Origin: Mobula hypostoma
Lineage: Eukaryota
NCBI RefSeq assembly: GCF_963921235.1
Contig: NC_086097.1
Location: forward strand, 252,838,001 to 252,902,000
Reading direction: 5' to 3'
DNA length: 64,000 nucleotides
Numbering within the stretch: position 1 is the first letter of the stretch; every line of letters begins with the position of its first letter. The position numbers were made by a program, and so were the translations under genes. Below the pieces are notes generated by a model that was not told the DNA's origin, did not search any database, and saw only the letters and a program-made list of their open reading frames with translations. Positions 47,715-61,965 of the stretch are shown here, piece by piece.

Positions 47715-47925
47715 TATACCAAATGCTGGAGGAACTCAGTTAGAACTCCTTCTCACTTCACTTTCTTATCCTGGCATTTTTCCCACTCCCTTCCAGTCCT
47801 GATGAAGCGTCTCGGCCCAAAACATCGGCTATTATATTCCCCTCCATAGATGCTGCCTGACCCTCCAGCATCTTGTGTGTGTGTGTTGCACTGGATTTCC
47901 AGCATCTGCTGAATCTCTTGTGTTT
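47715..47925 (+). mobile_element. Penelope pLTR remnant
   Basis: agtcctgatgaagcgtctcggcccaaaacatcggct...ggatttccagcatctgc; a similar remnant lies at 48720-48850. Confidence 0.68.
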
Positions 47926-48119
47926 TCTTATTAGGATGATCCTGTCAGTCTAATCAATGCTTCCTGCCTTTTCATACTTTCCTTGTTGGCCAATTGGAAA
48001 TTGAGCAGGAACATGTTACAATTGTTTTCATTGGGATGATGTTGGCAGGCAGGGAGGCTTGTGAAGACGCGCGGACTTTTATTAAAAAAAAGAGCAAGCA
48101 TAACAGATGATGTTAATTT

Positions 48120-48133
48120 GTTGCTATGGCAAC
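48120..48133. promoter_or_regulatory. RFX X-box motif in unique sequence
   Basis: gttgctatggcaac, one mismatch from the palindrome GTTGCCATGGCAAC. Confidence 0.5.
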
Positions 48134-49241
48134 AGCCATGCATGACAAAATAGATGCATCCCTGGCATTTCAAAAAACATCTGCATCTTTCATTCTTTCA
48201 ATTCCATTTGTACGTTGCAAACTATGAATTTAGAAAGAGACTTTGGACATAATATCTTTTCATCTTTTCAGCAGCTTGCACAGAAGACCCAGTGGTGATA
48301 TAACTTTACATATCAGAGTGCTTTAATTAAGATTCTATTGGCATAGACTGGGTAACAGTTTCTTCCCTCAGGCTGTGACTAATGAGTACCCTGCCACCAC
48401 CAAGGTCTCGTCACTAGGACAGTGAGCTCTTTACTGTTTACCTGTGCTGTGTACTACATGCATTTTGAATTATATTTTATTAACTTATGGTAATACTTTG
48501 TTTGAAGCAGTGTGTGTGATAGAGTATGTTTTATGGGTGCACTGTGGTCTGGAGGAACGTTGTTTCATTTGGTTGTATATGTGTACAGTTAGATTGCAAT
48601 AAACTTCAAATGGAACTTGAGCATGACATTGGAATCATCTGTGTCAGTGCAATGATTACTGACTGTTGAAATTGCACACTCTGATTCCTACCACCAGGGA
48701 GGAGAGAGGGGAGCCCCCTTCCTTTCCAGTCCTGATGAAGAATCCTGGCCCAAAAGTTTATAACTCTGCATAGATGCTGTCTGACCTGTTGAGTTCCTCC
48801 AGCATTTTGTGTGTGTTACTCTTGATTTCCAACATCTGCAGAATCTCTTGTATTTAAAATTTCGTGACATATATCAGTAGTAATTAACCAAATTCTGATT
48901 CTGATTCATACTGAGTGATAACTAATCATTTTTTGTTGATTATTCATGTCTTAAACCCGTCAATGTCAATCTCTTTCTGATAAAAGCAATGGAAGTAGTT
49001 TCTCCAGAAAGAGTCTGCTCCTGAATACTAACTAACTCTGTCTCCACAAGAGCTGGGATCTCTTTCCCACTCCTCCCTACTCCCATCCGCCTGAATCCTC
49101 AAACTGTTATTGTCAGGTAATTAATTCATAATTTCTATTTTAGGAGTAACAGTCTCCAAACCAGCATCCTTTTTACCGTTGTGTTCTCTATCCTTCTGCC
49201 AAGCCAGATTCAAAAGATTAAGTTATCAAGGAAAAGATGGT

Positions 49242-49915
49242 AAGCCCATAAGACATAGGAGCGGAATTTTGCCATTTGGCCCATCGAGTCTCCTCCATTA
49301 TTCCATCATGGCTGACATATTTTCCCTCTCAATCCCATTCTCCCACCTTCTCCCTGCAACCTTCGATACCCTGACCTGTCAAGCACCTATCAACCACTGC
49401 TTTAAATATACTCAAAGGTCTCCACAGCTGCCCGTGGCAAAGAATTCCACAGATCCACCACCCCCTGGCTAAAAAATATGCCTCCTCATCTCTATTCTAA
49501 ATGGACATTACAACTACAATCTTCTTTCAGCCATTACCCAGTGATGCCCACAGCCTCACACCTGCCAATCTCTACACTACGAGATCATCTGCCTTATTCT
49601 GTATACTCCGTGCATTCAAATACAGCTCCTTCAGTCCTGTACTCATCATCTTTTCGATCCTGTCCCCATGTTACACTACAACTCATCCCACTGACTGCAG
49701 TTTTTCCTATCATAGGCTTGTCCTTCCTCACAGTCTCACTACACACTGCATCTTCCTGTACACCAACTGCCCCGTCCTCAACCCTGTCACTCTGGTTCCC
49801 ATCCCCCTGCCAAATTCGTTCAAACCCTCCCCTGCAGCTCTGGTAAACCTTCGTGCAAGGATGTTGGTCTCCCTTGGATTCAGGTGTAACCTGTCCTGTT
49901 TGTACCGGTCACACC
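49242..49915 (-). mobile_element. CR1 remnants (3' tail joined to the ORF1/ORF2 junction)
   Basis: 3' end similar to 23405-23680; DRLHLNPRETNILARRF. Confidence 0.72.
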
Positions 49916-51239
49916 TGAAGGCAAAGGACAAACTACTGCTCAGCTTACTTCTCCATGTCTTACTCACCTCAGCATTGAACTGTCTCTGCAGCCTTCATTC
50001 TCCAGGACTGGCTTTGCTCATCTCACTGCTGAACGGACACCTGCAGCCACTTGGCTCCTGGACTGGCTTCACCGGCCTGAGCATTGAACAGGCTCTGTGG
50101 CTGTGGACTGCAGACATCGGGCTCCTGGACTGGCTTCACTTGCCTGAGCACTGAACTGTCTCGCTTTCAGGGACTCTGTGGTTCATTTCTGTGTGTTACT
50201 TTTTTTTTACTGTGTACATGGTTTGTTCTTTTCTCACACATCGGATGTTTGACGGTTTTTGTTGTGTGCGATCCTCGTGGACTCTATTGTGTTTCTTTGT
50301 TTTGTGGCAAGATGATGAATCTCCAAGTTGTGTGTGGTGTACATACTTCGATAATAAATGGGCTTTGAACTTTGAGAGTGTAACTGTTCCGTGATGAGGT
50401 GAAGTGTCAACAGTAACTTCAAACGCCCCAAGCTGAGATTTAAACTCAATCATTGATCTGAGCTACATTGATTCTGAAATACATGCTTCTGGAAAAATAT
50501 ATACTGTATCAGTCATTTTGAAGTTAATATCCTATTAATTTAATGTTAGAGATTTCATTCTGCACATATTGTACACTGTGCTGCCAAGTTGGCTTTTCGT
50601 GTTCTTCATTAGACTGAAATCTACACCAATGTATTATTGGGACACATTATTAAAGACAGCTGCAGGTTATCACATCAGCAGTTTTCAAATCCTACCAGAT
50701 TACTCAAGGATTTTGCTGTAAAGGACTGTTTAGTGTCCGAGAGTGGAATGGTTGGTGAATATTTCAGGCGGGACCCTTTATCAGAAGTGAAAACTATAAT
50801 CTTACAACTTGTAAGGTTTCAGAACACAGAACATTTACACAAGAGATGCTGGAAATCCAGAGTACCACACGGGTACAGAAGCCTGAAGACACACACTCAG
50901 CGATTCAGGAACAACTTCTTCCCCTCTGCCATCCAATTCCTGAATGGACATTGAACCTTGGATACGCCTCACTTTTTTAATATATATTATTTCTGCTTTT
51001 TGCATGATTTTTAATCTATTCAATATACATATATTTATTTATTAATATTATTTTTTTTATTTCAAGGTAACACTCAAGATGATTGTCGATATCTTCAAAT
51101 TCTTCGTAGTTGTTGAAGTAGTGAAAAAATCTATTCATTTTCACTCCTGGCCATTTCTCACATCTCCAAGCCTGAATGCTTGAAACCACGGTAAGTAAAA
51201 CTGTTCTGAGTTGTCTTACTGATTATTTCTTGATACGTG

Positions 51240-51490
51240 ATAGGGGAACATGAGGGGAAACTTCTTCACTCAGAGGGTTGTGAGAGTGTGGAACGAGCTG
51301 CCAGCACAAGTTGTGGAAGCAGGTTCCATTTCAATGTTTAAGAGAAGATTGGATAAGTACTTGAAGGGTAGGGGTATGGAGAGCTATGGTCCGGGTGCAA
51401 GTCGATGGGAGTAGATAGTTTAAATGGTTTTGGCACTGCTAGATGGGCCAAAGGGCTTGTTTCAGTGCTGAACTTCTCTGTGACTCATGA
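51240..51490 (+). mobile_element. CR1 3' end
   Basis: aacttcttcactcagagggt...gatgggccaaagggc. Confidence 0.72.
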
Positions 51491-51920
51491 CTCTATCAAT
51501 GGCAAAAATACCCGATTTTTTGAATAAAAACACACACAACTGATGTTATTTAAAAATATGCTCGCTCTAAACACAGTGTAGAGTCTGAAGGCCACATGAT
51601 GTGCACACAGCTGATGCTTGTTCAAAAATGTTCGGCAAGTCTCCTGCCACAGTAGTGTCCCACATTTCTCATTTGGTTTTGCTTTTCAAGATTTGTCCCA
51701 AATAACTGTGTGTGTATCTATATAAAATTGTAATTGAGGGTAGTTTTTATGTATTGCACCATACTGCTGCTGCAAAACAACAAATTTCACGACATATGTC
51801 AATGACAATAAACCGGATTCAGATTCCTTTCCTCTGCCTTTTTCCTCTTCAAAATTCAAGATAGTTAATTGTCATTCTTTAGTGCACAAGTGTAAAGAAG
51901 AATGAAATGTTATGTTGTTC

Positions 51921-52322
51921 AGAGAGTAAGGGAGCTAGGGCTTTACTCTTTGGAGAGAAGGAGGATGAGAGGAGACATGATAGAGGTGTACAAGATAATG
52001 AGAGGAATAGATAGAGTGGATAGCCAGCGCCTCTTCCCCAGGGCACCACTGCTCAATACAAGAGGACATGGCTTTAAGCTAAGGGGTGGGAAGTTCAAGG
52101 GGCATATTAGAGGAAGGTTCTTCACTCAGAGAGTGGTTGGTGCGTGGAATGCACTGCCTGAGTCAGTGGTGGAGGCAGATACACTAGTGAAGTTTAAGAG
52201 ACTACTAGACAGGTATATGGAGGAATTTAAGGTGGGGGGGTTATATGGGAGGCAGTGTTTGAGGGTCGGCACAACATTGTGGGCCGAAGGGCCTGTACTG
52301 TGCTGTGCTATTCTGTTCTATG
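51921..52322 (+). mobile_element. CR1 3' end, well preserved
   Basis: LGLYSLERRRMRGDMIEVYKIM...FFTQRVVGAWNALP; ttctgttctatg tail. Confidence 0.88.
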
Positions 52323-52567
52323 ATCTGATGCAGCATAAAACAAAACACAGTAAGATAAAGAATGCAATAACAAAACAAAACAACCTAAATACAAAAGCAA
52401 TGGTGTAAAAGACAATGTACAAGTAACTGTGATATACATAGACTGGTTGTATGTACATAAAGTGACACTAGGTGATGTGTATGTATGTAGTGCTGGTGGG
52501 GGTGGGTGGGGTTAGTGGGTGGAGATGTTGATCAGGCTTATTGCTTGGGCTAAGTAACTGTTTTTGA

Positions 52568-52785
52568 TGAACGCAGCAGGCCAGGCAGCATCTCTAGGAA
52601 GAGGTACAGTCGACGTTTCAGGCCAAGGCTCTTCGTCTTGACGAAGGGTCTCTTTCTCCTGACGAAGGGTCTCGGCCCGAAACGTCGACTGTACCTCTTC
52701 CTCGAGATGCTGCCTGGCCTGCTGCGTTCACCAGCAACTTTTATGTGTGTTGCTTGAAATTCCAGCATCTGCAGATTTCCTTGTG
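52568..52785 (+). mobile_element. Minimal Penelope insertion: inverted pLTR pieces around hammerhead cores
   Basis: 52568-52624 is the near reverse complement of 52675-52730; CTGACGA...GAAAcgtcgac at 52659-52691. Confidence 0.82.
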
Positions 52786-54498
52786 TTAACCATTTTTGAG
52801 TCTGGTGGTCCTGGTGTGGATGCTACATAGCCTCCTCCCTGATGGGAGTGGGACAGACAGTCCATGAGCAGGATGGGTGGGATCCTTCCTGATGTTACTG
52901 ACCTTTCGTCTGACACCTTTCTGCTTATTGTCTATATGTATGTCCTTAAATACTCCTTATGTCTCTGAACTGCCTCTCTTTCTCACCTTTGACCTCTTTA
53001 CCACAATATTTTTGAGCACCTCATCAATGAACCTTCACTTGGTAGTTCTGCCCTTTGTCATTGTGAAGGTAGGTTTCAGAAGGACAGAGCCTTCTGTCTC
53101 AGTAACAATCCCAGAAGCTCCACAAGAGCAGGGTAACACTTCTGTCTGAGTCAAAGGAGATTTTCAAGGATACATAAAAGGACGGTAAAAACGACTCTAA
53201 AATCCTTGATTAAGCAGCATGTGGATTGGAAACTGACTGAGTATTTACAAAGATGCACTAATCTGGTGATCAGTTTACAGACATGGAATTATTTATCTTC
53301 AGGCTCGTTCCCTCATTTGAGATAAGTACATCAACATGTCACAATCACGAGAGAACATGATTTCAAATAATTTAACCGACTGCGGTGGGAATTAGATGAT
53401 AAGACCATAAGGTATAAGAGCAGAATTAGGCCATTTGGCACATCAAATCTACTCCATCAAAGCTGATCCATTTATCCCCTCAGCCCCAATCTCCTGCCTT
53501 CTCCCTGTATCCCTTCATGCCCTGACTAATCAAGAATCTATCTGCCTAAAATATACATAAAGATTGGCCTCCACAGCTCCCTGTGGCAAAGAATTCCACA
53601 GATTCACCACTCCCCGGCTAAAGAAATCCCTCCTCATCTCCATTCTAAAAGGACACCCCTTTATCCTGAGGCTGTGCCCTCTGGTCTTAGACCCTCCACC
53701 GTAGAAAACATCCTTTCCACGTCCACTCTATCAAGGCTTTTCACCATTCGATAGGTTTCAATGAGACACCCCAACCCCCATTCTTCTGAATTCCAGTGAA
53801 TACAGGCCCAAAGCCATCTTCACATGACAAACCTTCCAATCATGGAATCATTTTCATGAACCTCTACTGGACCCTCTCCAGTTTCAGCACATCCTTAGTA
53901 AGATAAGGGGTCCAAAACTACTCACAATATTCCAAGTGAGACCTCACCAGTGCTTTATAAAGTCTCAATATTACATCCTTGCTTTTATATTCTAGTCCTC
54001 TTGGAATGAATACTAACATTGCATTTGTTTTCCTCACCACAGACTCAACTTGCAAATTTACCTTTAGGGAATCCTGCACAAGGACTCTCCATTTAGAAAA
54101 CAGTCAACCCTTTCTTTCTTCTACCAAAGTGCATGACCATACACTTCCCGACACTGTATTCCATCTGCCCATTCTGCTAACCTAAGTCCTTCTGCAGCCT
54201 CTCTACTTCCTCATAACTACCTGCCCCTCCACTTATCTTCAAAACATCTGTCAACTTTGCAACAAAATCATCAATTCCATCATCCAAAGAATCAGTCCCA
54301 ACACAGACCCCTGAGGAACACCACTATTCACCACCAGCCAATGAGAAAAGGCTCCCTTTATTCCCACTCATTGCTTCCTGCCTATCAGTGCTGCTTTATC
54401 CACGCTAGAATCTTTCCTGTAATATCACAGGCTTGTAGCTTGTTAAGCAGCCTCATGTGTGGCACCTTGTCCAAGGCCTTCAGAAAATCCAAATACAT

Positions 54499-57400
54499 AT
54501 AACCATATAACCATTTAAAAATTACAGCATGGAAACAGGCCAATTTGGCCCTTCTAGTCCGTGCTGAACGCTTATTCTCATCTAGTCCCATCTACCTGCA
54601 CTCAGCCCATAACCCTCCATTCCTTTCCTGTCCATATAGCTATCCAATTTTTTTTAAATGACAATATCGAACCTGCCTCAACCACTTCTACTGGAAGCTC
54701 GTTCCACACAGCTGCCACTCTCTGAGTAAAGAAGTTCCCCCTCATGTTACCCCTTAACTCTCAACTCATGTCCTCTTGTTTGAATCTCCCCCATTCTCAA
54801 TGGAAAAAGCCTATACATGTCAAATCTATCTATCCCCCTCATAATTTTAAATACCCCTATCAAGTCCCCCCTCAACCTTCTACACTCCAAAGAATAAAGA
54901 CTTAACTTGTTCAACCTTTCTCTGTAATTTAGGTGCTGAAACCCAGGTAACTTTCTAGTAAATCTCCTCTGTACTCTCTCTCTTTTGTTGACATCTTTCC
55001 TGTAATTCAGTGACCAGAACTGTACACAATACTCCAAATTTGGCCTCAACAATGCCTTGTACAATTTTAACATTACATCCCAACTCTTATACTCAATGCT
55101 CCAATTTATAAAGGCCAGAAAGCTTTCTTCACCACCCTATCCACATGAGATTCCACCTTCAGGGAACTATGTACCATTATTCCTAAATCACTCTGTTCTT
55201 CTGCATTCCTCAATGCCCTACCATTTACCATGTATGTCCTATTTTGATTAGTCCTACCAAAATGTAGCACCTCACACTTATCAGCATTAAACTCCATCTG
55301 CCATCTTTCAGCCCACTCTTCTAACTGGCCCAAATCTCTCTGCAAGCTTTGAAAACCTACTTCATTATCCACAATGCCGCCTATCTGCATACTTACTAAT
55401 CCAATTTACCACCCCATCATCCAGATCATTAATGTATATGACAAACAACATTGGACCCAGTACAGATTCCTGAGGCACACCACTAGTCACAGGCCTCCAA
55501 CCTGACAAACAGTTATCCACCACTACTCTCTGGTGTCTCCCATCCAGCCACTGCTGAATCCATTTTACTACTTCAATATTAATACCTAACGATTGAACCT
55601 TCCTAACTAACCTTCCGTGTGGAACCTTGTCAAAGGCCTTACTGAAGTCCATATAGACAACATCCACCACTTTACCCTCCTCAACTTTCCTAGTAACCTC
55701 TTCAAAAAATTCAATAAGATTTGTCAAACATGACCTTCCATGCACAAATCCATGTTGACTGTTCCTAATCAGACCCTGTCTATCCAGGTAATTATATATA
55801 CCATCTCTAAGAATACTTTCCATCAATTTACCCACCACTGACGTCAAACTTACAGGCTGATAATTGCTAGGTTTACTCTTAGAACCCTTTTTAAACAAAG
55901 GAACCACATAAGCAATACGCCAATCCTCCGGCAACATCCTCGTTTCTAATGACATTTGAAATATTTCTGTCAGAGCCCCTGCTATTTCTACACTAACTTC
56001 CCTCAAAGTCCTAGGGAATATCCTGTCAGGACCTGGAGACTTATCCACTTTTATATTCTTTAAAAGCCCCAGTACTTTCTCTTTTTTAATCATCATAGTT
56101 TCCATAACTACCCTACTTGTTTCCCTTACCTTACACAATTCAATATCCTTCTCTTTCGTGAATACTGAAGAAAAGAAATCGTTTAAAATCTCCCCCATCT
56201 CTTTTGGTTCCGCACATAGCCGTCCACTCTGATTCTCTTAGAGACCAATTTTATCCCTCACTATCCTTTTGCTATTAATATAACTGTAGAAACCCTTTGG
56301 ATTTATTTTCACCTTACTTGCCAAAGCAATCTCATATCTTCTATTAGCTTTTCTATTAGCTCATTTACTCCATGCTGCCTATATTTATTGTAGATATCTC
56401 TCTTTTTCTGAAAAGTTTCCAATATCCCTTGAAAACCATGGCTCTCTCAAACTTTTAACCTTTCCTTTCAACCTAAAAGGAACATAAAGATTCTGTACCC
56501 TCAAAATTTCACCTTTAAATAACCTCCATTTCTCTATTACATCCTTCCCATAAAACAAATTGTCCCAATCCGCTCCTTCTAAATCCTTTTGCATCTCCTC
56601 AAAGTTAGCCTTTCTCCAATCAGAAATCTCAACCCTGGGTCCAGTCCTATCCTTCTCCATAATTTTATTGAAACTAATGGCATTGTGATCACTGGACCCG
56701 AAGTGCTCTCCAACACATACCTCTGTCACCTGACCTATCTCATTCCCTAACAGGAGATCCAACACTGTCCCTTCTCTAGTTGGTACCTCTATGTATTGCT
56801 GCAAAAAACTATCCTGCACATATTTTACAAACTCCAAACCATCCAGCCCTTTTACAGTATGGGCTTCCCCATCTATGTGTGGAAAATTAAAATCTCCCAC
56901 AATCACAACCTTGTGCTTACTACAAATATCTTCTATCCCCTTACAAATTTGCTCCTCCAATTCGCACTCCCCATTAGGTGGTCTATAATACACCCCTATA
57001 AGTGTTACTACACCTTTCCCATTCCTCAATTCCACCCAAATAGCCTCCCTAGATGAGCCCTCTAATCTATCCTGCCAAAGCACCGCTGTAATATTTTCTC
57101 TGACAAGCAATGCAACACCTCCCCCTCTTGTCCCTCCGATTCTATCACACCTGAAGCAACGAAATCCAGGAATATTTAGTTGCCAGTCACACCCCTCCTG
57201 CAACCATGTTTCACTAATAGCTACAACATCACATTTCCAGGTGTCAATCCATGCTCTAAGCTCATCCACCTTTCTTACAATGCTCCTAGCATTAAAATAG
57301 ATGCACTTAAGAAACTCTCCATCTCTTACTCTCTGTTTATCCTTAATGGAGCAAACAACTTTGTTATCATTTTCTTCCTTCTCCCCTACACCTTCGGTCT

Positions 57401-57870
57401 GAGCGCTCCCATTCTCTGTCCCCTGCCTATCCTCCCTCACACACTGTCTACTAGCTTTCTCTATTTGTGAACTAACCTCCTCTCTCCTAATCTCTTCAAT
57501 TTGATTCCCACCCCCCAACCATTCTAGTTTAAAGTCTCCCTGGTAGCCTTCGCAAATCTCCCGCCAGGATATTGGTCTTCCTAGGATTCAAGTGCAACCC
57601 TTCCTTTTTGTACAGGTCACACCTGCGCCAAAAGAGGTCCCAAGATCCAGAAACTTGAATCCCTGCCCCCTGCTCCAATCTCTCAGCCAGGCATTTATCC
57701 TCCACCTCATTCCACTCCTACTCTCTCTGTCGCGTGGCACAGGCAGTAATCCCAAAATTACTACCTACGCAGTCCTTCTCAACTCCCTTCCTAACTCTCT
57801 ATATTCTCCTTTCAGGACCTCTTCCCTTTTCCTACCTATGTCATTGGTACCTATATGTACCACGACCTAT
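54499..57870 (-). mobile_element. Relatively young CR1 LINE, near-complete ORF2 with few lesions
   Basis: APE 56385-57518 (377 aa open), RT 55365-56198, C-terminus 54747-55390; (tatggtta)-type tail. Confidence 0.92.
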
Positions 57871-58711
57871 GATCTATTCAGCCACCTCATTCAGAACTCT
57901 GGGGTGTACAACATCTGGTCCAGGTGACATATCTACCTTCAGACCTTTCAGTTTCCCAAGAAGCTTCTCTCTGGTTATGGCATCTTCACACACTTCATGC
58001 CCCTGATTCTTGGAACTTCCACCATACTGCTAGTTTCTTCCACAGAGAAGACCGTTGCAAAATATTTACTCAGCTCTTCCACCATTTTGTTGGCCCCATT
58101 ACTAACTCTCCAGCATTGTTTTCCAGTGGTCTAATATCCACTCTCACCTCTCTTTCACACCTTAAGTATCTGAAGAAATTTTTGGTATACTCTGCAAAGA
58201 TTATTGCTCGCATACTTTCATATTCCATCTTTATCTTCTTAATAACTTTAAAGTTGCCTTCTGGTGGTTGTTAATATCTTCCCAATCCTCTAACTTCCCA
58301 CTAATTTTTGCTTTATTATTTGCCCTCTCTTTGGTTTTTATGTTGGCTTTAAATTCTCTCGTTAGCCATGGTCGTGTCATCTTGCCTTTAGAATACTTCT
58401 TCCTCTTTAGGATGTATATATCCTGTGCCTTTTGAATTGCTTCCAGAAATTCCAGCCATTGCTGCTCTGCCATTATCCCTGCCTGTGTGCTTTCTTAATC
58501 AATCCTGGTAAACTCCTCTCTCATGCCTCATTAATCTATTATAATATTGATACATCTGACTTTAATTTCTCCTTAAATTTCTGGGTAAATTGAATCATAT
58601 TAAGATTATGCTTCCCTAAGGATTCTTTTGCCCTAAGCTCTCTGATCAATTCCAGTGCATTGCACAATGCCAAATCCAGAATAGCTGACCCCCTAGTGGG
58701 CTCAACCACGA

Positions 58712-59860
58712 TCTCTTCAAATAGCTCAGCATTTAATACCATTTAATTCCCACAATCCTGATTGAGAAGTTGCAGAACCTGAGCCTCTGTCCCTCCTTCT
58801 GCAACTGGATCCTTAACTTCCTAATCGGAAGCCACAATCTGTGCGGATTGGCGATAATATCTCCTCCTCACTGACGATCAACACTGGTGCACCTCAGGGG
58901 TGTGTGCTTAGCCCACTGCTCTACTCTCTGTATACACATGACTGTGTGGCTTGGCATAGCTCAAATACCATCTATAAATTTGCTGACAATACAACCATCG
59001 TTGGTAGAATCTCAGGTGGTACAGGAGTGAGATATGCCAACTAGTGGAGTGGTGCCACAGCAACAACCTGGCACTCAATGTCTGTAAGATGAAAGAACTG
59101 ATTGTGGACTTCAGGAAGGGTGAGTGGAAGGAACACATACCAATCCTCATAGAGGGATCAGAAGTGGAGAGAGTGAGCAGCTTCAGGTTCCCGGGTGTCA
59201 AGATCTCTGAGGATCTAAACTGTCCCAAAATATCGATGCAGCTATAAAAAAGGCAAGACAGAGGCTATACTTCATTAGGAGTTTGAAGAAATTTGGTATG
59301 TCAACAAATACACTCAGAAACTTCTATAGATGTACCGTGGAGAGCATTCTGACAGGCTGCATCAGTGTCTGGTATGGGGAGGCTGCTGCACAGGACTGAA
59401 AAAAGCTGCAGTGGGTTGTAAATTTAGTCAGGTACGAGCCTACACAGCGCCCAGGACATCTTCAAGGAGCGGTGTCTCAGAAAAGCAGCATCCATTATTA
59501 AGGACGTCCAGCACCCAGGGCATGCCCTTTTCTCACAATTACCATCAGGTAGGAGATACAGAAGCCTGAAGACACACACTCAGTGATTCAGGAACAGCTT
59601 CTTCCCCTCTGTCATCCAATTCCTAAATGGACATTGAACCCATGAACACAACCTCACTTTTTAAATATATATTATTTCTGTTTTTTGCACTATTTTTAAT
59701 CTATTCAATATACATATACTTATTTATTTACTAATACTATCATCTTATTTTTTATTTTCTTCTATATTATGTATTGCATTGAACTGCTGCTACTGCTAAG
59801 TTAACAAATTTCACGACAAATTTCTGGTGATAATAGACCCGATTCTTATTCTGATTCTGA
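58712..59860 (+). mobile_element. Rex1/Babar LINE, 5'-truncated
   Basis: TGAPQGCVLSPLLYSLYTHDC, KFADNTT, KELIVDFRK; (attctg)n tail. Confidence 0.88.
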
Positions 59861-60149
59861 TCTCCTCTAAAAAGCCATCTCATAGACATTCTAGATAATC
59901 CCCCTCTCGGAATCCAGCAGCAACTAATTTTCCCAATGTGTTTGCATAATGAAATCCCCCATGACTATTGTAACATTGCCCTTTAGGCATACATTTTCTA
60001 TCTCCCATTGTAATTTGTAGGCCACATCCTTACTACTGTCTTGTGTGGGGGTCTGCGTTTAACTCCCATCAGTGTCTTTTTATCCTTGCAGGTCCTTAGC
60101 TCTATCCACAATGATTCAGCACCTGCCGAATTAACGTCATCTCTTTCTA

Positions 60150-61258
60150 ATAGAACATAGAAATTCATAGCACATTAAAGGCCCCTCGGCCCACAATGTT
60201 GTGCTGACCATGTAACCTATTCTAGAAACTGCCTAGAATTTCCCTACCACACAGCCCTCTATTTTTCTAAGCTCCATGTACCTATCTAAAAGTCGCTTAA
60301 AAGACTGTATTGTATCCACCTCCACCACCGCCGCTGGCAGTGTATTCCATGTACCCACCTCTCTGTGTGTGAAAAACTTACCTCTGATCTCCTTGGTACC
60401 TATTTCCAAGCACCTTAAAATTATGCCCCCTCATGTTAGTCACTTCAGCCCTGGGAAGAAGACTCTGGCTATCCACACGATCAATGCCTCTCATCATCTT
60501 ATACACCTCTATTAGGTCAACTCTCATCCTCTGTTCCTCCAAGGAGAAAAGGCCAAGTTCACTCAACCTATTCTCATAAGGTACACCCTCCAATCCAGGC
60601 AACATCCTTGTAAATCTCCTCTGCACTCTCTCTATAGTTTCCACGTCCTTTCTGTAGTGAGGTGACTAGAACTAAACACAGTACTACAAATGGGGTCTGA
60701 CCAGGGTCCTATATAGCTGTAACATTATTTCACGGTTCTTGAACTCAATCCCACAGATGATGAAGGCCAACACCCCATATGCCTTCTTAACAACACTGCA
60801 CAGCAGCTTTCAGTGTCGAATCGACATGGACCCCAAGACCTTTCAGAACTTCCACACTGCCAAGAGTCTTACCATTTATATTATATTCTTTCTTCAAATT
60901 AGACCTACCAAAATGAACCACGTCACACTTATCTGACACATCTCAGCCCAATTCTGCACCCTACTGATGTCCCGCTGTAACCTCTGACGACCATCCAGAC
61001 TCTCCACAACACCCCCGACCTCTGTGTCATCAGAGTACTTACTATCCCACCCTTCTACTTCATCCAGTTCATTTTTAAAAATCACAGAGGACAGATCCCT
61101 GCGGAACACCACTGGTCACTGACCTCCATGCGGAATACGAACCATCTATGACCACCCCTTGCCTTCTGTGGGCAAGCCAATTCTGGATCCACAAAGCAAG
61201 GTCTCCTTGGATCCCATGCCTCCTTACTTTCTGAAGGAGCCTTGCGTGGGGAACCTTA
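60150..61258 (-). mobile_element. CR1 RT/3' fragment
   Basis: KVPHARLLQKV, GVPQGSVL, RFTRMLPGL. Confidence 0.85.
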
Positions 61259-61965
61259 TAATGATTTGATTTCATTTTTTACCAACAGACCAACTCCACC
61301 CCACTGCCTTTTTTCCTGTCCTTTTGATACGATATGTATCCTCCAGTTACAATATTCTGTCAGCCATGAATCAGTGACGCTTACTATATCATACATGCCA
61401 ATCTGTGACTGTGTTACAAGTTCATCTACACTATCCCGTATACCATGCACATTCAAATATAACACCTTCAGTCCTGTACTCACCCTTTTCGATTTTGCCC
61501 AGTTTCACGTTGCAACTCATCCTGTTGACTGTAATTTTGCTCTATCAACAGTCTCTCCTCACTACATATTGCTTCTGTTTGTAAACCAGCTACCTCGTCT
61601 TCAGCACTAATATCTGCCTTTCCTACGATACTCCTTGTGTTGAAATATATGCAGCTCAGGACACTAGTCGCACCATGCTCATCCTTTTGATTCCTAACTT
61701 TGTCTGAATTCTTACCAACATCTGCCTCCACAACCTCTCCACAAACTGTTCTGGCCCTCTGATTCCCATCCCCCTGCAACTCTAGTTTAAACCTCACCGT
61801 GCAGCATTAACAAACATTCCTGCTAGGGTATTAGTTTCCTTCCAGTTCAGGTGCAAGCTGTCCCTTCTGTACAGATCCCACTTTCCCTGGGAGAGAGACC
61901 AATGATCCAAAAATGTTTTGCCTTCCCTCCTACACCAACTCCTTAGCCATGTGTTAAACTGTATA

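Noticed and set aside
49144..49239. Possible 96-nt exon (ttctattttag ... ATG/gtaagc), open in two frames
   Set aside because: The peptide is not recognisable, the donor overlaps the tail of the adjacent CR1, and no partner exons were found. RNA-seq would be needed.
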